Made by a program: the position numbers and the translations under genes. The notes beneath the pieces are model-generated. The model had not been told where the DNA came from, did not search any database, and saw nothing but the letters and a program-made list of their open reading frames with translations. From Selaginella moellendorffii (Eukaryota; Plantae; Lycopodiophyta), in NCBI RefSeq assembly GCF_000143415.4, contig NW_003314332.1:1-64000 (forward strand): a DNA stretch of 64,000 nucleotides. Reading direction: 5' to 3'. Of this stretch, positions 47,294 to 57,666 are shown piece by piece (position 1 is the first letter of the stretch; each line of letters starts with the position of its first letter).

Positions 47294-50200
47294 ATGGTAA
47301 GTCTTTTAGGCCAAGTAGAAAATGGCATGAGGCCACATGCCATTCAGTAGCAACATTGGCATGCACCGATTGGGCTCTCGAGTGCAGTCCGGTTACAGAT
47401 GGCGTGTAGCCTCACGCCATCTTAGGATGCAGCCTCAAGACATCTGATGCAGTGGTGAATGGCGTGTGGCCTCACGTTATTTCCAGGTACTAGCTTTTCA
47501 TCTGTCAGCTCTAATTGTTGTGCATTTCTGAACAGGCGAGGAATTGCGTTCTTCTTCCAGCCACTATCAATGTGGATGCAGAGAAGGGGGAGGAGCTCAC
47601 CAGTTGGACTTTCGGGATGGAAGGCGAGGATCTGAGGCTGTACAACACAGATGGTGGGAGAAAAGAATGCATGGGGATCCTCATCCAAGTGACAGACACT
47701 CCATGCAGTTCCATGCAAGAATATGGACTGGCACTTGTGGTAGAGACAGCGTCTGCCTTCAAGATCCACCTTGCACATCCTAGCGGCTTCCCGGAGGGGG
47801 GTAGCGGCTATGAGGAATTCCTAGAGGGAGCTAGGGAGAGGTTGTCCAGGAGGCCCACAATTTCAAAGACGCTGCGGGTCTATGAAGATCACATGGAATC
47901 CACGGACCTCACCTACGGCGATGTTCAAAAACTATATTCCAACATTGAGCCGTTGAGAGTGACTCCAGTTCGCGAAGCAAAGGGGAAGGGGGTCGATCTG
48001 GAAATTACCTCGAAGCAGAAAAGGGTGGTCAAGCTCAAGCCGACGTCCGACTCTCCTGCTCCAAAAAAGAAGGTACTCAGTGATGCCATTGCCTCGGGTT
48101 CGAACACTACACCCACCAAAAAGAAGAGCCGCAAAGAGCAGAAAGAGCAAGAAGAGGCAGCAAAAATCGTCGCAGATAATAGTACTTGTTACTATTCCAA
48201 CAAAGTATATACAATCGACGTGAGCCGTATCGACATCCAAAGCAAACACAACCACAGGCTAGTATCTGATGAGTGGGTGGAGAAATTGAAGCAGAAGATG
48301 CTGGCAAGTCCAGTAACACCCGACATCGCAGACGTGATCCCCTACTACCAAAAAATGAAGGGCGAGATGAGGTTTCCAGACTTGATCAATAGGAAGGTGT
48401 TGGACGATCAGAACATCCGGTTCTATGCCGTCTCCGGGCAGCATTCTAGCTTGGTGATGCAAGAGATAGTTGTGGATATTATGGTGGGCGAGGAGGTGAA
48501 GAAAGTCTTCAAGACAAGAGTTGTCCGCCTGATAAAAGGCAACTCGCCCCTCCGATCTATCATATACATCTCCCACGCGCAGAATGTCAAGCAAGAAACG
48601 TGCTACAAATCGGGTCTGCACGAGACATTGGCACGAACACGGAAGCTCTGGGTTCAACTGAAGAAGCCACAAAAACCAGGACAAGGACGTGCACTAGCAA
48701 CTAGCGCCTGGCAGGTAAGCCTCGTTGTATGTGGCATAGCATGTGGCCTCACGCCATTTCCATTGCAGGAATTCTCGAGTCTTCTCTCGAAAACACTGGG
48801 GGTCAATGACACACTCAGCATCCATAACATTCTACTCGCGACAAAAGTTGTTTTTGACAAATGGGTAGATGTGCTGAGGAGGTACCATGACGGGGAGTTG
48901 CCAAACTCAATGGGTGTGGAGGACGGCCGGAAGCCCAATGATTTGAAGCTCAACGCCTTGCGTTTCTCGCTGTCTCTAGACGACGACGACCTTCTGACAG
49001 TGGCTAATGCTCTTCTACGTGGTGAGGTTGTCTTCAACAAGACCAAAATGACTCCCGCCCATATTGTGACATACGAGGACTTGTGCACGACTCTGAGAGC
49101 TCGTGCGCTATTGAAGGATTAGATCTTCGAGCAAGTGGCCGTGGAGAGGGTGAGCATCGACACCACGCAAGAGATGATGGAAGCGCTGGAGTTGTCAAAT
49201 GAAGACATCGACGAGTACGTGAAGGGGGCCCCCAAGTTCATCGATCTGCTGCGGGATGCCACGAAAAGTAAAGCTGAGAAGTTGGATCAGTATCCAAATT
49301 TCATTAAGATTGATGTCGACCGCCGGCTTCAGAAACAGCTCGACCCCGCAGCAGAGGCCTATCGAGAAGCTTACCGGGTATACTTGAATTCGGATGAGGA
49401 TCAAAGGTGGAGGAGCATCGTTTCCCGCGGAGATGAGCAGGTCAAGAACATCTTTTGTGTGATGGACTTCACAAACGAGGAGATCACTCATGCAGACGAA
49501 GTCAACTCCATCATTGACTTAATGGTGGGACTTGCGGAGGTGGAATCTTCAGTCCACTATATGATCTACGACTCCGAATCCTATCACAAGTTCTGGAAGG
49601 CCTTGAACGAGGTGAAGGCTCGGTTGAAAGGCAAGGAGATGCGGGAGATCCATGGGATAATGGCTAAGAAGAAGATACCGACGAATGTCCGCATCTTCAC
49701 ACTCGCCCTTGTTATTGGTCCTGCAGCAGAGTGGGACTGGAGTGACTTCCCAGCTTCGTTCGACAAGGCCAATCGAATTGATCTGAGGGAGGTCAATTTA
49801 CCCGTGCCTGAGGAACTGAAGACGGCTATGGAGCTTTCGAATCCAAAGAAAGCTCCAGGTGCAGCATGGGAAATGCTCAGCTGGGTCTTCAACGCAATAG
49901 CGGGTGGGTCACCTGCTTCCGACTCCAAGGGCAAATGCGTTGTCGAGTACAACTGCGGCGGACTATTCTTTCAAGCCGCACTACTCAAGGGTGTCCCGTG
50001 TGTTGCGGTGACAAACTCCATTGAAGAGGTGACTTCAATGGAGCATATAATTACAGTTGCCAAAGAAAAACAGTATCTTCTCTGCGAACCTGGTGAGTAC
50101 GCACTTTAAGTTTAAATGTTATCTCACAAGCTCTGTATGCAGGAGCGTGGCCACCCCCAGATGCTGAAACGGCGTTAACAGCTACTGTTGAAGATACCCA

Positions 50201-52916
50201 TGTTGGGCCGAGCTCACAACCTGCACAAGGTAAGGTCACGTGAGGCCTCACGCCATTTTGATTATAGATCGTTGTGAATATTCAGACACGAGGACTGAAA
50301 AGCGCACTGGTGGCGCATCGAAGAAGGACAAACAGAAAAGCAATAGGAAAAAAGGAGGTACAAATTATATTTGCAATGGCGTGTGGTCTCATGCCATTCC
50401 TTGCAGGAGAAACTTCTTCAAAGGCAAAACAGGCAAGCACCAGCCAAGCTCAAACTGACAGTGGTCATAAAAAGCGAAAGCACGTTGGACAGTCGTCGAG
50501 ATCAGAGGCGTTTGATTCGAAAAGGAAGAAGGGCAACGAAAAGATGATAGGTAATGCCTCGCGGTTATGGCGTGTGTGCTCATGCCATTCATTGCAGATC
50601 AAGGGCTGAGTGAAAGCAGGCAGTCACCACCTCATGACTCAGATTCCTATGGCGGACTCCCTTTCCCCAATCTCAATGGAGAGGTACAATGGATGAGGGA
50701 AGTTTTTCAAGGCAGGGCCACGTTTTTCTCATCTCGTCGTCTTCGAAGGGTGCAAGAACGTGCAGAAACCATGTTAAGACAGTCGGGTGAGGATACGGTC
50801 CTAGGTCACGCACTAAAACAGGCTATGGATGTCTTGTATTTTGAGATGGAGACTCGGCCAGATGATTTTCCCAAGATGGTCCTGGAAGAACAAGCCATCC
50901 AGCCTGAGCAGCCTATGGAAGAAATGCAGGAGGGGGATGAAGAGCCAGAGAAAGATAATGAGCAGGAAGAGCAGAAGGACGAAGAGGAGGACAAAGAAGA
51001 GGAGGACGAAGAAGAGGAGGACGAAGAGGACTTGGATGGTCCTCACAATGGTGACGATCACAATAACGACGACGACGATGATGACGACGATGGCCAGCCT
51101 GAGGTGGCCAAAGAGCGGCGGAGGAAGGTCATACAAGACAAACCATCAGGTAAATAATAATACATCCATTCCTAACCTTTTACCATTTCTAACATTGTCC
51201 ATGTAGGTCGCAGAGCAAATGGTAAGTAGAGATTATTCAGTTGAATTTACAAACTCTAGCCTTTAGTGTCGAGGAAGGATAGTGCCAAGCAAGGGTCGAA
51301 ACGTATGTCCAATCCTTCAGAATCAGCAGTGCGCTCAAGTGATATCGGTCCTAGTTCCTCAATAGCAGTTGATGGTAAATACAGTATAGTCGATTCAATG
51401 TGCTAATGAGTTTGTTTTTAGTAGCACGGGAGGATACCATCTCAATCGAAGGGAGATATTTGGACATGCATATGGATCCGCCAGTGGACTCTACTTGCCT
51501 GCAAGAGTCATCAGAGCTGGTGGAGGCTACTATCCATATCAACACCAAGCAAGCTGACCACGCTCCACTTGATGCTGCCCATACCACTGAGTCAATCTTG
51601 TCCACGTATCCAACTGACGGTGACCAGGCGCCATTGGACCCACATGAGGCCGCCCCAGCCGCCGAGCCGGTCGTATCCTCATTTCCAACGGACTCAACGT
51701 GTGCCCAATCGTCTGACTACGCGCCGTTGGAACCTCCCTACACCGCCCCTGCTGCCTGTTCGGTCATGTCCACTTTGCCAACGGAGGCACCAGCTGAAAT
51801 GGCGTGTGATCACACGCCATCGGAACCACCCCATGCCACTGTTGAGCCAGTTGTACCAGAGTCTACAGCTGAAATGGCATGTGCCCACACGCCATCGGAT
51901 GCGATTGACCCCACATTGCAGAGGAGAGTATTTCCGCCCTTCACGTTTCCTCGACCAAAACCCTCTCAACGACCATCGGGAGCAACATTCGCTAATATTG
52001 TAGATGGTAAAATTGACTTGTACCATTTTTTATGCTGACGCATTTCATTTCAGAGTCACGGCGAAGGTACTGTATCGTTTTTGATCTGAACGGTGTCCTT
52101 TTCTCCCATGAGTGTGGCTCGTCCTCGAATGTCATTGCACCCTCCAAAGCCTGCGGTCGCAAGTTGGTCAAAAGAGACAGATTCACATTAATCACACGGG
52201 AGAAACTGCGGGATCTAATAATGACCATGCGACACTTAAAACAGAGGGCCGGGTTCAATTTGCAATTGGGAGTTTGGACATCCATGATGCGCCACAATGC
52301 ATTAACGTTGCTACAAATGATGCACGATCAGACGCGAGTAATATTACCATTTGACTTTCTCCTAACGCAGGAGGATTGCTTGACTATGGTCCATGTGAGG
52401 GGTAGCAAGCCCATCTTCGTCAAGCCAGAGGCTGTAGTGATGAACCGGACTGCTAGCTCAAGTGAAATCCTCATCATCGATGACTCGCCGATTAAAACTG
52501 CAGCGAACACGCACACATATGCAGTGCACCCCATCTCTTGCAGTATGGAAACTAGGAAGAAGAAACCGTATGTTCTGGGGGACCTTGCAAAACGGCTTGG
52601 AGCGATGGTGATAGAGAACTGGCCAGTCCAGGAGGTAGCTGCAGAAATCAACCAAATGGCAGATGAAACGGTATATCAGAAGCCATTTGATCGGACAGAC
52701 ACCAGTCATCATTTATGGCATGTATATTGTCTAGCCAAGCACTATCCGCATCTCCATAATCTGCTCAACCGGATGGGTTCTTCGACCACTGAACATGAGC
52801 GTGGACGTATTAGAGAAGAGATGGCATTACTATTGGGTTTAAATCCTGATAGTGTGGAGAGTGATGAAATTCCAAGATTATTGTATAAGCGTTGGAGGCA
52901 AAAAATAACAGTCTGA
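47294..52916 (+). pseudogene. Transposon accessory gene: ParB-like + degenerate N4/N6-methyltransferase fold + acidic/Pro-rich linker + FCP1/NIF HAD domain (one in-frame stop at 49120)
   Basis: ORFs 47515-49122 and 49135-50109 are co-frame. Motifs: IDVSRI..RLVSDEWVEKLKQKM..FYAVSGQHS; KAP..VVEYNCGG..AALLKGVPCVAV; IVFDLNGVL..GVWTS..LTQEDC..KPIFVK..LIIDDSPIK. GT-AG introns link the exons, e.g. 48715-48768 and 52007-52053. Start is uncertain. Confidence 0.65.
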
Positions 52917-53334
52917 GATGGCATGTATTTATTTAAAAATGTAACTTATTATGGCATGGGGTTCCATGCCATTGTATTAATATTAAAAGACAATTCTTTG
53001 AGAGGATTTGCATTATACTAGAAGTGTTACAGCATGTTATTGGAAGTCTACGAAGTTGTTTTATTAATAATGGGAAAGTAAAGATTGAATGGGGACTTGG
53101 GCTCCACCTAGACTCGGAGCAACTGAGCCAATATTAAAAGGATGGAAAGAAATTGGACGACGATGACAAGGAGAAGAGAGAGGTGAAGCAGTGGCAGGGG
53201 GAGGAGAAGTGATTGAGTAGACATTTCCTTGTTTAAAATAAAATGGCATGTGCCTCAATGCAGTTGAATTTTGTTATATTTATATACTATATAAAGGTTT
53301 GGAAACTTTATTTTACAAGTGGGATAATGACAAT

Positions 53335-53358
53335 TCCCACTTTAACGAAATAGAGCTT
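53335..53358 (-). repeat. Right terminal inverted repeat
   Basis: TCCCACTTTAACGAAATAGAGCTT. Confidence 0.93.
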
Positions 53359-55597
53359 GTAAGGCGTCGTTAGTATTTTCGGAAAGCCTAGAATGAGGAG
53401 CACCTCTAGAAATAAATGGCATCCAAAACCAAGCTCGGAAAAGCACAAATTCCTACTACAAAGATGATCCAATTTAGCTGGAGAAGAAAATCCTTTTGTA
53501 TGCTGTCAATTCACTCAAATCTAGCGCCAAGAATCACCACTACTTGTAGATCTAGGCCAAATCTACAAGCCCAAATGCACTACTTTAAGAAATTGGGCTG
53601 AGGATTTAGATGAGAGAATAAAAACCCCAAAATGTTTATCAAATTGAGCCAAGAAATGTTGTATCTCTTCAAATACTGCACAATTTTATGAGTGCCTTAC
53701 TTTGCTAGAAAGAGGAGCTTTAAACCTATTTAAGACGCCTAAGATCAAACAAAACCACCACAAGATGAACAAGAAATTGCTTCCCAAAGTCTATGGCCAA
53801 AAAAAAAAGAGAGAAATGATGCCTTAGAAAGTGTTGTGCATCACGCTAGGTTCACCACTTGTTAGGGGAAAGAGGGGTGCCTCCCTCAACGCTCGCTCAA
53901 ACACGAGAAATGCTTTAATGCTCTCCACAAATGCCCCCCTTTTGCCCTTGTGGGGCAAGGGTTTTATACAAGAAAGATGGGGAATATTTTGAGGACCAAA
54001 ATATTCCTTTTCTCTCTCTCACTCTCTCAATGGCCACGCTTTAACATCATTTGTCCACCTCAAAGGGAAGTTAAGGAAGACTCCCATGTTGATGTTACTG
54101 GACATTGGTAAAGATTTTGAGGTAGAAATGGATGCTTCAAACTTTGCATTGGGTGCAATTTTGAAGTAGGATAACCATCTAATGGCATTCTTCTCAAAGA
54201 AATTGAACAAAACTTAGTGAAAGTGGCCTGCCCACAAAAAGGAATTATTTGCGGTGGTCAAGGCGCTCAAAGAGTGGTAATACTACCTTGGGAGGCACTT
54301 CAAAGTTTATATGGATAATGTGGCAATGAAACAGTTATTGTCACAGTACGACCTAAGAGGAAAACAAGGTTGGTGGGCCAATGTTTTGGCCCAAGTTCAA
54401 TTGCAAGATTCTATATAAACCTAGGAAGAGCAACATCTATGCCAATGCTCTAAGTTGAAAGGCAAGTTTGAAGTTGGTGATATCCAATGCAACAGTATCC
54501 TTTTGGGATGATGTGTGGATAGCATATGAGAACGATGGTCTAGCACAAGAAGTGTTGCTAAGGAACCAAGAGGCATAGGATGTTCATCAGAAAGGTGAGC
54601 TACCAACAGAAGAGAAAACAAGATATGTGGAATGCAATAGACTCATCTATTATAAATAAACGAAGATGTATGTTCCAAAAGGGGAACTAAAGAAAGTAAC
54701 CTTAAAAGAGTGTTATGATGGACCTTTTGCAAGACACAACAGAGTGCCTAAAACAATGGAGTTACTCAAGAGGAAGTATCATTGGTCAGACATAGCTAAT
54801 GACTCCAAGACTATGTAAAGACATGTTTAACATATCAACAGGTCAAAACCATGACTAATGCTAGTGGGGGCTTGATAAAGCCTAGATCATCCATGGAAAT
54901 GTCTTATGATGGACTTCATCATGGGACTTGCCCTAAGTGAGGGGTTTGATGCAATATTTGTGGTGGTGGACTGGTTTTCAAAGATGGTACATTTTATACC
55001 CACCACGATAGAAGTGGATGCAGAAGGTGTGGTGAAGCTATTTTTTAAACAAATGGTTCGAATGTAAGGAAGGCTAAAAGAAATCATCTCAGATCGAGAT
55101 AAGATCTTCACCAGGAGGTTCTGGAGAACTCTCCTAGAACAATATTACACCAAGTTGAAATTTAGCACAACTTATCACCCACAGATAGGTATTGGGTATT
55201 AAGTCAAGTTTAATGGTACTAACACTTCTTGACAGATGGACAAACAGAAAGAGTGAATAAGCAGCTGGAGGATTATTTGCAATATTATATCTCAGAAGAC
55301 TAGACTAATTAGGTAAGTCATTTAGGATTTGCAAAAATATGCTATAACAATTCACCACATTCAAGTATCAAGATGAGTCCATGGGAAGTCATCAATGGGG
55401 AAGCTATTGAAGGTCTTGTGGAACTTGGTGTGGCCGAGTATCATAGAGAGTTATCTGCAATAGAGGCATTCACGGCAGAAAGACTCAATATTTAGAATAT
55501 AGTGAGGGATATTTTGGAACGAGCTTAACAAAGGCAAATTAAATATGCAAATTAGAAGCGATCGTCGAGGTGCTACTACGCGCCGCCTTGCGTTTGT

Positions 55598-55697
55598 NNN
55601 NNNNNNNNNNNNNNNNNNNNNNNNNNNNNNNNNNNNNNNNNNNNNNNNNNNNNNNNNNNNNNNNNNNNNNNNNNNNNNNNNNNNNNNNNNNNNNNNN
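55598..55697. other. Assembly gap (100 N)
   Basis: Run of N. Confidence 1.
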
Positions 55698-56569
55698 ATT
55701 CCGTAGAAAGATGTTTTTACAGATGAGTCTTTATGATATTGAGGCTTAAATTAGTAAGGTAGCTTACCACCTCTGACTTCCTTGTTAGATGGGGAAGATA
55801 CATCTTGTGTTCCACATGAACTTACTCAAGTTGTACTTTGAGGATCCACTTCACAAGGACCAAGTAAGACCTTTACTTGAGGTTATTCAACGGGAAGAGG
55901 AATATGAAGTCAAGGCCATCCTCAATGCATGCAAGAGTAAGTGACAAAGACTTGAGGTGAGGGAGTTCCATGTGAAGTGGAAAGGATTTCCACACTGCAA
56001 AGCAACATGGGAACCAAAAAAGAACCTAGTGAATGCGGAGGAGTTTTTGCAAGGTAGAACTTTATGTGCTTATGCAAAATTCAATTAAAGAATTTATTTG
56101 AGAAATTGAGCAATGTCGTATATTAGGACCCAAAGGCGCGTCGAAGGTAAGCTAATTAGCATGGGTTAGCTAGGTCAACTAGGCATAGGAAATTATGCAT
56201 GACTCCCCGTAGGGATGTCAAATCCGTAGACATATTCTATGGAGGTTAGGTTTAAGTCCCAACCCTTTAGTAAAGCAAGGTTAGATTCAAGTCTTAACCC
56301 CATATTAGGGCGTGGTGAGGTGAGGGGTATAGGGACATCTATACTCTGTTGTCATGGGCTCTTGGCCAGGGAGGTTAACTTAGGCACACTGCTAAATGGG
56401 GGATACCCCTGGAGACATGGATAACAAATTAAAAAGAGCTATTTGATGCGGGCATTAAACTTCTTTTATGGGTGGTGGAGTTGAAAGGAACCAATTCCCT
56501 AAGGTGTCGAAAGTTAGAAGATCTCAAAATCATGACCAAAATGATAAAGAATTCATTGGATGAAGCTGA

Positions 56570-56822
56570 ATCTGAGATCAAGTCCGAGATTGAGTCCGAG
56601 ATCGACTTTGAGACCAAGTTCGAGACCGAGTCTGATATTGAGTCCAAGATCGAGTCCGAGATCTGAGATCGGGTCCAAGACTGAGTCTGAGGTTGAGACC
56701 GAGTCTGAGATCTAAGATTGGGTCCGAGGGCAGGTCCGAGATCGAGTCCAATTTCGAGTCTGAGACCAAGTCCAAGATCAAGTCCGAGATTGAGTCTGAG
56801 ATTGAGTCCAGGACTGAGTCTA
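56570..56822. repeat. Degenerate 12-bp (GAGATCGAGTCC) tandem array
   Basis: Repeated GAGTCCGAGATC variants within LTR-like sequence. Confidence 0.85.
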
Positions 56823-57566
56823 AATACTAATACAGGTTGTGGGGTGAAAGCCCAAAGTATGTGTCTCCTCGGGGGGGAGGGCTGCAGAGGGTTCCAAAAG
56901 TATAGTAAGGATAGTGAGGTTTAGGAATTAGTCTTGAAGAAATTCTCTAGTGGTGCTTCCAAACTGACTTGAGGTTAAGATTGGGGTTGAGGAGCCTTAG
57001 GTGGGAGTGAGCATGGACTTGGGTGGTGCCGGAAGGGCAACCCAAGGAAGTGCTCAAAAGTAGCTCCCACTCTTGGAAGGGAAACCAACTACAGTGCTCC
57101 TGACTCATGTGGAGTGGTGCCTTATTTGAGTACCTTGTGGCTTACTGGTCTTTGTCCTTCCTAGGGGCTTGGGCATTCCCTTAAGGATGGAAGTGGGGGA
57201 GTAAGGGTACCCATACTGGACCATTAGGCCATGGTGTTTCCCTTTAGTATCCCTAAGCAAGTGTTACACCTAAGGCTTGGGATTTAAGGGGTTTTGTAAT
57301 CAAGTTTTGTTGTACCAAGAGATGTTAGGAATTTAGAGGCTAGGTGTGCTTAGCTACTTATGAGTACGGGGAGTGTAACCAAACCTTAAGTCTAGTCTAA
57401 CCCAGGGAAGGGGATTAAGAGAGAATTTAGGAATCCGTGGATGGATGGCTAGCACTCTGTTATTTATATAGTGAGTTGCTAAAACTAAGTAGGACCAAAT
57501 AGGAGCTGGTACAATAGGTGAGAACCTTAGTGAGGGAATTTAACTAAAACCAAAGCTATGGTGGTC

Positions 57567-57666
57567 NNNNNNNNNNNNNNNNNNNNNNNNNNNNNNNNNN
57601 NNNNNNNNNNNNNNNNNNNNNNNNNNNNNNNNNNNNNNNNNNNNNNNNNNNNNNNNNNNNNNNNNN
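57567..57666. other. Assembly gap (100 N)
   Basis: Run of N. Confidence 1.

Larger units (their letters stand above)
40122..53358. mobile_element. 13.2-kb TIR DNA transposon with Sola-like transposase and large accessory gene
   Basis: Perfect 24-bp TIR (40122-40145 / 53335-53358) enclosing two divergent genes and about 25 element-restricted palindromes. Confidence 0.85.
53358..57566 (+). mobile_element. Degenerate chromovirus (Ty3/gypsy): RNase H, integrase, chromodomain, LTR-like flanks
   Basis: EMDASNFALGAIL..AFFSKKL (about 54125), MDFIMGL..FDAIFVVVDWFSKMVHFIP (about 54910), EYEVKAIL..VKWKGF..ATWEP..NL (about 55900-56030). Many stops. Confidence 0.88.

Noticed and set aside
40348-53265. 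Palindromic repeats as a CRISPR array
   Set aside because: Spacing is irregular (tens of bp to kb), many copies lie in introns or exons of a eukaryotic gene, and no cas genes are present.
53317-53356. Hairpin near 53330 as a Helitron 3' end
   Set aside because: No CTRR terminus follows; it is explained by a partial internal copy of the TIR.
40118-53362. Target-site duplication for the TIR element
   Set aside because: Flanks (CTAA / GTAA, or AAAA / TTGT depending on the terminus chosen) do not match exactly, and the right flank may be an LTR start, so no TSD is claimed.
55561-55597. GC-rich 37 bp before the first gap
   Set aside because: Probably low-quality contig-end sequence.
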